Below are positions 15,770 through 24,551 of a stretch of DNA of 64,000 nucleotides, piece by piece. Source of the stretch: an uncultured Candidatus Peribacteria bacterium. GTDB lineage: Bacteria; Patescibacteriota; Gracilibacteria; UBA4473. Made by a program: the position numbers and the translations under genes. Position 1 is the stretch's first letter. The number at the start of each line of letters is the position of its first letter. The notes beneath the pieces are model-generated. The model was not told where the DNA came from and did no database searches. It was given only the letters and a program-made list of their open reading frames with translations. The stretch is taken from assembly GCA_964344775.1 (NCBI GenBank), contig CAYFOO010000001.1, forward strand, positions 13,087 to 77,086, read 5' to 3'.

Positions 15770-15846
15770 TTAGTTGTTAGAACTTAGAGCTTAGTTATTA
15801 GTTTTTTAATTCCGAAATCCGCATTCCGCGTTCCAAAATCGGATTA
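15770..15846. repeat. 11-unit in-phase heptamer array filling the whole rpsH-rpsN spacer
   Basis: TTAGTTG TTAGAAC TTAGAGC TTAGTTA TTAGTTT TTTAATT CCGAAAT CCGCATT CCGCGTT CCAAAAT CGGATTA. Confidence 0.85.
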
Positions 15847-16068
15847 CCACGATGATTTACGAACTCCTGGGATTTGCCCTTTTTCGGCGAGTTCTCGGAA
15901 GCAGCATCGGCAAATCCCAAAGTCTCGCATAAATCCATGAGGTCTTCCACAGAGTTTACAACGATTGTACGCTCGAGTAGAAAATTTTATCTTCCGCCCT
16001 TCCTTCTTCGCCTGAAGATGTCTGGCTAGAAATTTCTGAGATTTGTGAACGATTGCTTTTCGTGCCAT
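15844..16068 (-). CDS. rpsN: 30S ribosomal protein S14, zinc-binding (type Z)
   Basis: [10 protein letters not shown]...[22 protein letters not shown]. At 74 aa it is slightly longer than the usual type Z form. Confidence 0.9.
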   Translation of the reverse strand: MARKAIVHKSQKFLARHLQAKKEGRKIKFSTRAYNRCKLCGRPHGFMRDFGICRCCFRELAEKGQIPGVRKSSW

Positions 16069-16080
16069 TTTTTAAAAAAA

Positions 16081-16635
16081 TTATTCTTTCTTGAAAGGAA
16101 AATTAAAAGATTCAAGAAGTTTCAACGCGTGCTCTGAATTCTCAGAGGTGGTTACAATAGTTACTTGAAATCCAAAAGGTTGATTAAGCTCGTCACTCAG
16201 CTCCACTTCTGGGAAAACAGTATGCTCGGTAAACCCAATAGAACAGTTTCCTTTTTTATCAAAGATCCTTCTAGAAACCCCTCGGAAGTCTCGTACCCGT
16301 GGAAAAACCACATTGATCATCTTGTCGAGAAAATCATACGCTCGATCTTTTCGGAGAGTTACGGCTAATCCTACTGGCATTCCTTCTCGAAGCTTGAAGT
16401 TGGAAACAGAAAGCCGTGCTTTTCTGACAGATGGTTTTTGTCCTGTAATCTGTGTGATCGCGTTAGCCAAAAGTTCTTCGTGTTTTTTTCCAGTTCTGTG
16501 TAAATAAGAGCCCATCCCCACATTGATACAAATTTTCTCAATTCTTGGAACCTCCATTACATTTTTAAGTCCCAAATCCTTTTGCAATTTGGCAATTCCT
16601 GTTTTTCGAAAATCGGTAAGTAGATTTGATTTCAT
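16081..16635 (-). CDS. rplE: 50S ribosomal protein L5
   Basis: 184 aa, typical L5 blocks (NVMEVPRIEKICINVGMG, RDFRGVS). Confidence 0.95.
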   Translation of the reverse strand: MKSNLLTDFRKTGIAKLQKDLGLKNVMEVPRIEKICINVGMGSYLHRTGKKHEELLANAITQITGQKPSVRKARLSVSNFKLREGMPVGLAVTLRKDRAYDFLDKMINVVFPRVRDFRGVSRRIFDKKGNCSIGFTEHTVFPEVELSDELNQPFGFQVTIVTTSENSEHALKLLESFNFPFKKE

Positions 16636-16637
16636 GA

Positions 16638-16979
16638 TTATGCTTTCACAGCAGTTTTAGTTTTTTTAGCGAGAGGTAGGACTTTACCAGAAGATTTTGA
16701 AATACGTGTTTTTTTGCCGCTGTCACTAAGTTTGTATCCAATCCGTGAAGGTTTCTTTGTTTCTGGATCGATGATCGCAATGTTGGAAATATGGATTGGA
16801 GCAAAAAACTCTACTCGTTCTCCCGGCTCTCCACCTCGTGGTTTTACGTGTTTTACTTTCTTATTTATACCTTCAACTTGCACAAGACCTCGATTTTCAA
16901 AAATTTTGAAAATTGCACCTTGTTTTCCTTTGTCTTTACCGGTTTGTACGACTACGTTGTCTCCAATTCGAAATTTCAT
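16638..16979 (-). CDS. rplX: 50S ribosomal protein L24
   Basis: KOW motif (IGDNVVVQTGKDKGKQG). It is the first gene of the block, and no L14 lies upstream. Confidence 0.9.
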   Translation of the reverse strand: MKFRIGDNVVVQTGKDKGKQGAIFKIFENRGLVQVEGINKKVKHVKPRGGEPGERVEFFAPIHISNIAIIDPETKKPSRIGYKLSDSGKKTRISKSSGKVLPLAKKTKTAVKA

Positions 16980-17126
16980 GACGTGTAAAAATTGGCTTAA
17001 ATAAGATAAAAGCCGGCAGATTCTATGAAGAAATAGGTCTTTGTCAAGGAAATTTAGGGAGTAATTGCCGATTTTGGGTTCTCCACAAAAAAATAGTTAA
17101 AAATAAAACCACTTTCCCCTCTTTAT

Positions 17127-18119
17127 TTATCTATTCATTGCCACCCTCGTCCCCGTGAAATTCTTCATCGTCTCATCAATCAACCGGGCCAACTCATTAA
17201 TAAATGGTAAAAAGCTCTCTGATTTTTGTGAGGCTTTTTCTACTTGGCGAGCGGCCAAATAAAGATTTTCGAGTCCTGCTAGATTCCGCCCATGCCGGAA
17301 ATATCGCAAACTCTCTGCCAGATATGTCATCGTCCTGGAAATATATCGTGCCGCCACCGCATCAGCATTATTTTTTGTTCGAGTGAGTTTGTGATTGAGG
17401 CGAACAATTTTTTGGAGGTGGAATTCGGCTTTGTCCGGTTTTCCGGATTGGAGCAACTGAATGAATTGTTTGATTTCTCCCTGGAGCTCAACAAAGGTCT
17501 TGGTCATCTCATCCCCGTGAAAAAGATGAAGCTGTCGATAGGTCATCATGGCCACCTCTCTCCGAGAAAGTGGTTTGTACGGGCGATAAAATTCATCTGC
17601 TGGCAGAGAAGCAATTTGGTACTGCTTCGCGTAGGCAAAATGCGGTGCAAACCAAGCGTCAATCGGAACATCGAGGGCCACACCGGATCGTCGAGAAAAA
17701 TAGGTATCAAAATTCACCTTTGTCGCTCGAAAAAGAAAGGCCAAAAACTCTGCCTTGCTCACGGCATCATGAGGCCGAAAAGAATCACTTTTGTTGATGA
17801 TAATACGTTTTTCTGCAGCCGTTGCCACGACTGGAGCATACCATTCGTTTGGATCTACATCGGTGAAATAGGTTTCTCCCTCAAATCCTGATAAATCAGT
17901 AATCCCTCCCGACCGCATGGCGATCGTGAGTGCTTCGGCCCGAGTGACTATTTTTTCTGGATGGAAGTTCCCATCTCCGTATCCCCTCATAACACCCACT
18001 TCTCCCAGATGAGTAAAGGTGTGAAACTCTGGATCTTCTGGAGAAATATCATAAAAAGCAAATACAGGAGTGACCGTAAAACAAAGTAAAAAGATAAAAG
18101 ATCTCCAGTCACACCTCAT
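17127..18119 (-). CDS. secreted SLH-domain protein
   Basis: Signal peptide followed by two SLH-like repeats (FYDISPEDPEFHTFTHLGEVGVMRGYGDGNFHPEKIVTRAEAL; FTDVDPNEWYAPVV...SFRPHDAVSKAEFLAFL). Confidence 0.6.
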   Translation of the reverse strand: MRCDWRSFIFLLCFTVTPVFAFYDISPEDPEFHTFTHLGEVGVMRGYGDGNFHPEKIVTRAEALTIAMRSGGITDLSGFEGETYFTDVDPNEWYAPVVATAAEKRIIINKSDSFRPHDAVSKAEFLAFLFRATKVNFDTYFSRRSGVALDVPIDAWFAPHFAYAKQYQIASLPADEFYRPYKPLSRREVAMMTYRQLHLFHGDEMTKTFVELQGEIKQFIQLLQSGKPDKAEFHLQKIVRLNHKLTRTKNNADAVAARYISRTMTYLAESLRYFRHGRNLAGLENLYLAARQVEKASQKSESFLPFINELARLIDETMKNFTGTRVAMNR

Positions 18120-18208
18120 TACTTTTGAGTATAATTTTTGTTCTCATTTGGTCAACTTTTTTGTACAAAAAAAGAGTTGCACGTTTTAAAATATATTTCA
18201 AAGAAGTT

Positions 18209-18550
18209 TTAAGCAGCTTGCCTTACTATTTCTTCTTCATCTGCTATCAATGCCTCAACTTCTCCCAAAGTATAATAAGATACTCCATCAATTTCATTAT
18301 TAACTTTGTAGTGAATAACAAGCATAGAAGTTTCTTCTGCAGATCCACCATCCTTCTGTTCTCCTTTATGACGAAACAGAAGTTCAACTTTTTCTCCATC
18401 AGGCCCAATAACACCAATCACCTTGCTCATAACCAATCTTTCCTGGTCGTGTAAAGCTTCTGCTGGTTCCATTTTTTGAAATATATATCCTTTCCTCGCA
18501 AGGTGAGCTCCCAAAGGATCAAAAAGCCTGTTCAATTCAGCTTGTTCCAT
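18209..18550 (-). CDS. hypothetical protein
   Basis: 113-aa ORF with protein-like composition. No recognisable domain. Confidence 0.5.
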   Translation of the reverse strand: MEQAELNRLFDPLGAHLARKGYIFQKMEPAEALHDQERLVMSKVIGVIGPDGEKVELLFRHKGEQKDGGSAEETSMLVIHYKVNNEIDGVSYYTLGEVEALIADEEEIVRQAA

Positions 18551-18653
18551 ATTTTTAATTAGTTAAATAATAAAAGTAAAGCAAATATAATAAAAAAATA
18601 CCTTTTGTCAAGTCTTTTTTAAAACAAATCATATTTTACGCAACACAAAACCC

Positions 18654-18682
18654 TTGTAAAAAAGGTGTTTTTCCGCTATAAT
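18654..18682 (+). promoter_or_regulatory. sigma70-like promoter TTGTAA-17-TATAAT
   Basis: Counted spacing is 17 nt. It lies 18 nt upstream of the ATG at 18700. Confidence 0.5.
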
Positions 18683-18699
18683 TTCCCGATTTTTAGAAA

Positions 18700-19860
18700 A
18701 TGATAAAAAAATTACTACTTATCGGGATTGGACTCTGGATGTGTGTCCTTGGGCAGACGTATGCACAAACTGGTGAAATAAAAGGCAAAAAGCATACCTT
18801 TACTATCACCGGATACTATTCCCCTCTCCCAAACCAAAGCTACTACGTCACCGGCAGCTACACCGGAGATATTCGACTAAATGGACGTGGGATCCGTGGT
18901 GCAGATGGGACGAATGTGTATCCCGGAATGATTGCCGCCCCCACTTCCTATCCCTTTGGGACAAAAATTTGTATTCCAAACTTCGGATGTGGAACCGTCC
19001 ATGATCGAGGAGGTGCGATTGTCGAAAAAGGAAAAAGACAACTAGCCAAACACGATCGGCTCGATCTCTGGATGGGATATGGAGATGAAGGACTCCGTCG
19101 AGCTCTTGCCTGGGGAGTGCCACACCTCGAATGTGAAATGTTTGGATCGGATGCACCAGTCGAGGATTCAGTAAACTTTCAGGTACCACCACAGCTATAC
19201 CAGGTTCTGGATGTCCCAAGCAAACAAAGATTTACAAAAAATCTAAAGCGGGGATACAAAGGCGACCTAGTAAAATCCCTTCAAAAAGCACTGAGAAAAC
19301 TGGAATTTTATAGAGGCCCTGTGGACGGACTTTTTGATTACAATGTAAAAAACAGTGTACTCGCCTTCCAGAAGAAATACTTCGTGGTGTACAGTGAAGA
19401 TGATGCCGGAGCTGGAGTTTTTGGACCGAAAACACGACAAACATTGGAAGAGGAACTCCACCGATTTGAAATTCAAGAAAAAATTCGAAACCTCTGGGAA
19501 GATTTTCATTTCGAAGAAAAGATGAAATTCGGAATGCGAAACCAATCGGTGCTCAAACTTCAAGAAGTCTTGGTCCAAGGAGAATTCCTCGATCACGTAC
19601 CTACCGGATACTTCGGTGAGAAAACGAAGGCCGCACTGATTGAATTCCAATTGGCTCACAACCTCATCAAAAACAAAAATCAAAAAGTAGCTGGCAGGGT
19701 GGGACCGAAAACAACAGAACTCTTGAACAATATTTTAGCTCAAAAAAAGGAAGCTATTGTGGCAGAAAAACCGAAAATCTTGGCGTACAAAAAAACACGG
19801 CTAAAGTTGCAATTCTTTGCGGATAAGTTAGAACCTGAAAATTTGTACGCACAAAAATAA
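18700..19860 (+). CDS. secreted 3D-domain (MltA/RlpA-like) muralytic protein with peptidoglycan-binding repeats
   Basis: Signal peptide and a 3D-type block (YPGMIAAPTSYPFGTKICIP...GTVHDRGGAIV...DRLDLWMG). PG_binding_1-like repeats follow (LQKALRKLEFYRGPVDGLF..., LQEVLVQGEFL...GYFGEKT). Confidence 0.7.
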   Translation: MIKKLLLIGIGLWMCVLGQTYAQTGEIKGKKHTFTITGYYSPLPNQSYYVTGSYTGDIRLNGRGIRGADGTNVYPGMIAAPTSYPFGTKICIPNFGCGTVHDRGGAIVEKGKRQLAKHDRLDLWMGYGDEGLRRALAWGVPHLECEMFGSDAPVEDSVNFQVPPQLYQVLDVPSKQRFTKNLKRGYKGDLVKSLQKALRKLEFYRGPVDGLFDYNVKNSVLAFQKKYFVVYSEDDAGAGVFGPKTRQTLEEELHRFEIQEKIRNLWEDFHFEEKMKFGMRNQSVLKLQEVLVQGEFLDHVPTGYFGEKTKAALIEFQLAHNLIKNKNQKVAGRVGPKTTELLNNILAQKKEAIVAEKPKILAYKKTRLKLQFFADKLEPENLYAQK

Positions 19861-19871
19861 AAAGAATCCTA

Positions 19872-19920
19872 ATTTTCAAATTCGTAATTCGTAATTTGGC
19901 ATTTGTAATTAATTGCTACT
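19872..19920. repeat. heptamer array ATTTTCA AATTCGT AATTCGT AATTTGG CATTTGT AATTAAT TGCTACT
   Basis: Lies between the convergent stops of 18700..19860 and dnaJ. Confidence 0.75.
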
Positions 19921-20981
19921 CACTGCTTTTTCGCACTTTCCAAAAGCTCTTTCAACTTCCCCGAAACCTTTTTTGGCATTTCATACTCCACCTTCACCAG
20001 ATGATCCCCCTTGTGTCCAGAGCGATGCACTCCTTTTCCTTTTATCTGAAGAAATTGCCCATCACGAGTATTTTCTGGAACTTTGAGATCCACCTTCCCC
20101 CAAAAAGTCTCTATTTCAAACGTTCCTCCCAAAATCGCATCAAAGACAGAAATTTTTAGAGTAGAAAGCAGGTCATTCCCTCGACGGTGAAACTTCGAAG
20201 AAGGTTGTACCTGAATGTGTGCATAGAGATCCCCGTGTGATCCTCCATGTCGTCCAGCTTCTCCCTGCCCAGGAATTTTCAAGGTTTCCCCATCATCCAC
20301 ACCGGCAGGGATTTTTATTTTTATATCTTTTTTTTGCTGCACTCTTCCCTCCCCCTGACATTTGGAACACGTCCGTTCGAAGGATTTCCCTCTTCCCTTA
20401 CAGCTCGGACAAGGTGCCTGCTGTGCCACCTGCCCAAAAGGCGTCTGAAATTGCTGGGAAACCATACCACTTCCAGCACATTGTGAACAATTTTTTTGAT
20501 CAAAACCTCCAGCCCCCTTACATTCTTCACAGGTTTCTAGATTTCTGGATGTAAAAGTTTTTGTCACCCCTTTCATTGCTTCGTCAAAATCTAGCTCGAC
20601 GGCCACCTCCAGATCCGCTCCCCGTGTATACTGTGGTCTGGATCGAGCCCCTCCCATGCCACCCCCCCCACCAAAGAAGCTGGAAAAAATATCCTCAAAA
20701 CCTCCAAAATCCTGCGAAGAAAATCCTCCAGAAAAACCTCCTCCTGCAGCACCTCCTCCCCCACCTCCAAATCCAGGGCCTGCTGATCCAAACTGATCGT
20801 ACTGGGCTTTTTTTTGATCATCAGAGAGCACTTCGTAGGCCTGGCTGATCTCTTTGAATTTCTTCTCATCTCCCCCTTTATCCGGATGATGTTCTTTACT
20901 CAGCTTACGAAAAGCTTTTTTTATTTCGTCCTTGGAAGCATTTTTTGAGACCCCCAGGATGTCATAATAACTCTTTGTCAT
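19920..20981 (-). CDS. dnaJ: chaperone DnaJ
   Basis: J domain with HPD (KEHHPDKGG), a G/F-rich linker and four CxxCxGxG repeats. Confidence 0.95.
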   Translation of the reverse strand: MTKSYYDILGVSKNASKDEIKKAFRKLSKEHHPDKGGDEKKFKEISQAYEVLSDDQKKAQYDQFGSAGPGFGGGGGGAAGGGFSGGFSSQDFGGFEDIFSSFFGGGGGMGGARSRPQYTRGADLEVAVELDFDEAMKGVTKTFTSRNLETCEECKGAGGFDQKNCSQCAGSGMVSQQFQTPFGQVAQQAPCPSCKGRGKSFERTCSKCQGEGRVQQKKDIKIKIPAGVDDGETLKIPGQGEAGRHGGSHGDLYAHIQVQPSSKFHRRGNDLLSTLKISVFDAILGGTFEIETFWGKVDLKVPENTRDGQFLQIKGKGVHRSGHKGDHLVKVEYEMPKKVSGKLKELLESAKKQ

Positions 20982-21092
20982 TAGCCGAACTGTATGAATT
21001 TTGGCAATAAAATCAAGAGAGTGCTAAAAATAAATTTGACATTTACACAAAAACAGAGCAAAATAATTTTGTATTTTTAATGTTTTGAAAAA

Positions 21093-21557
21093 ATGACCAT
21101 TGAACAATCACAACCATTTGATCTGGAAGTATTTAAAGCAGAGTTTGCTCAATTAATGAGAGAATATGCTGAATTGTTTTTTAAAAGATCTCACTCGAAA
21201 ATAATACATGAAGATGAATTTGAAAGAGTCGAACGAAAAATTGAAAATTTTTTTGTCGGTCAAGAAGTCCCTTTGAAACAGGAAGGGAGTTTTTTATTGG
21301 CAGCATTCGAAAAAATTGATCAGGATTTTATGAAATTTTGTTTGGAAGAAATCCCTAGAGGGATGAATCTGTGGGATCATTTAGTTGCTCAAAGAATAAA
21401 AAGAAAAATTGAAGAAGCTACTGCACCTTTAAATGAAGGATTAAAAAAAATTGGAAAGAAATTTGAAAAGACGACCGATATGTTATCAAAAAGAAGGGAA
21501 AATATTAAGGTAATGTTAAATGAAATGGATGATGAAAATCCTACAACTCCCGGATAA
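21093..21557 (+). CDS. hypothetical protein
   Basis: 154-aa helical charged ORF. Its 3' end overlaps the carA 3' end convergently. Confidence 0.5.
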   Translation: MTIEQSQPFDLEVFKAEFAQLMREYAELFFKRSHSKIIHEDEFERVERKIENFFVGQEVPLKQEGSFLLAAFEKIDQDFMKFCLEEIPRGMNLWDHLVAQRIKRKIEEATAPLNEGLKKIGKKFEKTTDMLSKRRENIKVMLNEMDDENPTTPG

Positions 21558-22632
21558 ATTCATCAAAAAGATATGCCGCATCCTCCGGCCCCGCACACGC
21601 CTCCGGATGAAACTGTACGGAAAAGATTGGTTTTCCTTTGTGTCGGATACCTTCAACAGACCCATCATTGAGATTTTTGAACCAAACCTCAAAATCAGGC
21701 GGCAAAGAATCCCCATCCACCTCGTATCCGTGATTTTGCGAAGTAATTAAACACCTTTTTGTACCACTTTTGACTTTTGACTTTTGACTTTTGACTTGAA
21801 TTACCGGCTGATTCACCCCCCGATGTCCGTATTTCATCTTTTTTGTTTTTCCTCCCGCAGCAAGTGAAAGAATCTGATTTCCCAAGCAAATCCCAAAAAT
21901 CGGTAATTCCCTTGTCATCGACTGCCGAGCAATTTCGATGGTCTCCACTACTTTTTCTGGATCTCCTGGCCCATTGGAAATGAAAATGCCATCAATCTTC
22001 TCTCCCAGATCAAAAGGTGGATGATTGTACGGCATTCGTAAAATTCGGATTCCTCGCTGAAGAAAATTTCGTAGAATTCCATTCTTCGCTCCACAATCCA
22101 TAAAAGCAATCGTTTTTCCGGTCGGATTTTCCGGTTCCAGAATTTCCATTCCTTCCGGAGAAACAGAGGGGACAAATCTTCCCCCCAGTTCATCTTCAAA
22201 TTTCACTGGTTTTTTGTCGCCCAATTTACCCAAGATTGTTCCCTTTTCTCGTAGAATTTGTGTTAACTCCCGTGTATCAATCCCAGAAATCGCTGGAATA
22301 CCTTGCTCTTTGAGCCAATCCATAAAACTTTTCACTGCTTCGCAATGAGAGAACTTCAACGATTCTTCGGTTAAAATGACTCCTCGAACCCAGATTTTTT
22401 TACTTTCAAATGTTTGATCTACGTTGTCCTGAAAAGACTTTACTTCCGGCACACCATAGTTCCCAATCAGCGGAAAAGTGAACGTCACGATTTGTCCAAA
22501 ATAGCTCGGATCCGTGAGAGTTTCGAGATATCCGGTCATTCCGGTAGTGAAAACAACCTCCCCTTCGGCTTCGCTCTCTGCTCCGAAAGAGGTACCTTCA
22601 AATGTTTTTCCGTTCGCGAGAAAGAGTTTCAT
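21541..22632 (-). CDS. carA: carbamoyl-phosphate synthase small (glutaminase) subunit, with in-frame repeat insertion
   Basis: Typical CarA blocks (GICLGNQIL, GHRGVNQPV, ITSQNHGYEV, FSVQFHPEA). VKSQKSKVKS is encoded by four exact ACTTTTG units at 21766..21793. No carB is adjacent. Confidence 0.9.
   Translation of the reverse strand: MKLFLANGKTFEGTSFGAESEAEGEVVFTTGMTGYLETLTDPSYFGQIVTFTFPLIGNYGVPEVKSFQDNVDQTFESKKIWVRGVILTEESLKFSHCEAVKSFMDWLKEQGIPAISGIDTRELTQILREKGTILGKLGDKKPVKFEDELGGRFVPSVSPEGMEILEPENPTGKTIAFMDCGAKNGILRNFLQRGIRILRMPYNHPPFDLGEKIDGIFISNGPGDPEKVVETIEIARQSMTRELPIFGICLGNQILSLAAGGKTKKMKYGHRGVNQPVIQVKSQKSKVKSGTKRCLITSQNHGYEVDGDSLPPDFEVWFKNLNDGSVEGIRHKGKPIFSVQFHPEACAGPEDAAYLFDEFIREL
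21766..21798. repeat. (ACTTTTG)x4 exact + ACTTG inside carA
   Basis: Exact tandem units counted directly. Confidence 0.9.
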
Positions 22633-22638
22633 AGGATT

Positions 22639-22673
22639 TGGTATCTGGTATTTAGTATATGGTATGTGGGGAA
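22639..22673. repeat. heptamer array TGGTATC TGGTATT TAGTATA TGGTATG TGGGGAA
   Basis: In the carA-gatA spacer. Confidence 0.75.
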
Positions 22674-22689
22674 ATTTTGAAACAAAAAT

Positions 22690-22724
22690 TACTGTTCACT
22701 GTTAGTTGCTAGTTGCTCGTTGTA
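22690..22724. repeat. heptamer array TACTGTT CACTGTT AGTTGCT AGTTGCT CGTTGTA
   Basis: Spans the gatA stop codon and its last codons. Confidence 0.75.
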
Positions 22725-24138
22725 TCTGATGCCCAACCTGCAAAATCCGCTCCTCTGTAAATGCCGCTCCAAGCAACTGTGCCCCGATTGGCAATCCTTC
22801 CTTGGAAATTCCAACAGGAATTGATATTCCGCAAATTCCTGCCAAAGATGCCGGAATCGTGAGAATGTCTTCCAAATACATCTTCAAAGGATCATCGGTA
22901 TTCTGGCCAATTTTGAAAGCTGAAGTTGGTGCTACTGGAGCCAACATCACGTCCACTTTTTTGAATGCGTCATCGAAATCTTTTTTGATCAACGTTCGAA
23001 CTTTTTGTGCTTTTCGGTAGAAAGCATCGTAGTACCCGGCACTCAGTGCATAGGTTCCGATCAAAATTCGTCGTTTCACTTCGTCTCCCAGTCCGGCCTC
23101 TCGGGTCTCGGTATAAATTTCTTGTAAATCTTTTCCTTTTATCCCACTCCCGTACCTAATCCCATCAAATCGGGCCATGTTGGCAGAGATTTCTGATGGA
23201 GCAATGATATAATAAGTCGGCACCGCGTACTTCGTGTGTGGCAAAGAAATATCTATCAACTCTGCTCCCAAAGATTTGAGAACTTCTTTCGTTTTTTCCA
23301 TTTCGGCTAAAACTTCTCCATCAATCGCGTCAGAATAATATTCTTTTGGGATTCCCACTTTGAGCCCTTTGATATCTTTTTCGATGGCGGAAATGTAATT
23401 CGGTACTTCTTTTTCTGGAGTAGTGGCATCTTTCACATCTTTTCCCGCAATGGTTTGTAAAATCAAAGCACAATCTTCAGCCGTGTGTCCCAGAGGCCCA
23501 ACGCTGTCCAAACTGGAGGCCATCGGGATAGTCCCCCAGCGGGAAACTCTTCCGTAAGACACTTTCAAACCTGCCACACCACAGAAGTGTCCCGGCTGAC
23601 GAATAGATCCACCGGTGTCCGTCCCAATTGATCCCGCACAAAATCCCGCCGCAATCGCCGCCGCACTTCCTCCGGAACTCCCTCCGGCCACTCGATCCAG
23701 ATTGTGTGGATTTTTTGTTACGCCGAAGGCCGACGTCTCGGTAGACCCTCCCATCGTAAATTCATCGGTATTTACTTTTCCGAGCAAAACTACGCCAGCT
23801 TCTTTGAGCTTTCGCCAGACGGTCGCGTCGTAGGGTGGGGTGAAATCTTTGAGAATATTGGATGATGCTGTAGTTTTTACTCCCTTAGTACAAACTACAT
23901 CCTTGAGTGCCATCGGCATCCCATCGATCGGAGAAAGCAAATCATCATTGGCTCTCCTCGCATCAGCGGCATCAGCCATCTCTCGAGCCAGATCGAAGGT
24001 GGTTGTGACGAACGCATTGATATCTCCATCTTTTTTCTCAATTTCTGCGATATACGCCTCCGTCATCTCCCGAGAAGACACTTTTCCCTCACAGAAAAGG
24101 GTTGAAAGTTCTGCTAATGTTTTTGTCGTCAGATCCAT
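22702..24138 (-). CDS. gatA: Asp/Glu-tRNA amidotransferase subunit A
   Basis: Amidase signature (GGSSGGSAAAIAAG, GTDTGGSIRQP). The last codons lie in the heptamer array 22690..22724. Confidence 0.95.
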   Translation of the reverse strand: MDLTTKTLAELSTLFCEGKVSSREMTEAYIAEIEKKDGDINAFVTTTFDLAREMADAADARRANDDLLSPIDGMPMALKDVVCTKGVKTTASSNILKDFTPPYDATVWRKLKEAGVVLLGKVNTDEFTMGGSTETSAFGVTKNPHNLDRVAGGSSGGSAAAIAAGFCAGSIGTDTGGSIRQPGHFCGVAGLKVSYGRVSRWGTIPMASSLDSVGPLGHTAEDCALILQTIAGKDVKDATTPEKEVPNYISAIEKDIKGLKVGIPKEYYSDAIDGEVLAEMEKTKEVLKSLGAELIDISLPHTKYAVPTYYIIAPSEISANMARFDGIRYGSGIKGKDLQEIYTETREAGLGDEVKRRILIGTYALSAGYYDAFYRKAQKVRTLIKKDFDDAFKKVDVMLAPVAPTSAFKIGQNTDDPLKMYLEDILTIPASLAGICGISIPVGISKEGLPIGAQLLGAAFTEERILQVGHQIQRATSN

Positions 24139-24208
24139 TTTGTTAGAAGCTTGAATTTTAAAAATTAAAAATTATTTGGAATTTGGAAATTGGTACTTGG
24201 AATTTTTA

Positions 24209-24493
24209 TCACATTATTTTGGGAATCTTAACGGAGTGATCCTCCACCTCATGCGGGACTTCGTCCAAATAATCATCAATATTTTCAGTAATCTCAATTT
24301 CGTCCGGTCGTGTTACATTTTCGAGCCCCGTCACCTGTGAAGTTTCTTCCACATTCTCTGTATTCGCTTCCTGCAATTGTGCAAAAAAATCCAAGATATT
24401 CCCCAGTTGTCCGGTAAATTTTTTTACTTCTGCATCAGTGAGCTTTATTTTCGCCAATTTGGCAATGTGGCGGACTTCATCAGCAGTAATCAT
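24209..24493 (-). CDS. gatC: Asp/Glu-tRNA amidotransferase subunit C
   Basis: 94 aa (VRHIAKLAKIKLTDAEVKKFTGQLGNILDF), directly upstream of gatA. Confidence 0.85.
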   Translation of the reverse strand: MITADEVRHIAKLAKIKLTDAEVKKFTGQLGNILDFFAQLQEANTENVEETSQVTGLENVTRPDEIEITENIDDYLDEVPHEVEDHSVKIPKIM

Positions 24494-24551
24494 GATATTC
24501 TGAAAAAGGTGTGGGCGAGTATAGAAATTTTTGGAAAAGGATCAAATTTTA

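Noticed and set aside
21766-21798. Short tandem arrays (here and at 57266-57293, 15304-15394 etc.) as CRISPR arrays
   Set aside because: The units are 7 nt and directly abutting, with no spacers. No cas genes are present.
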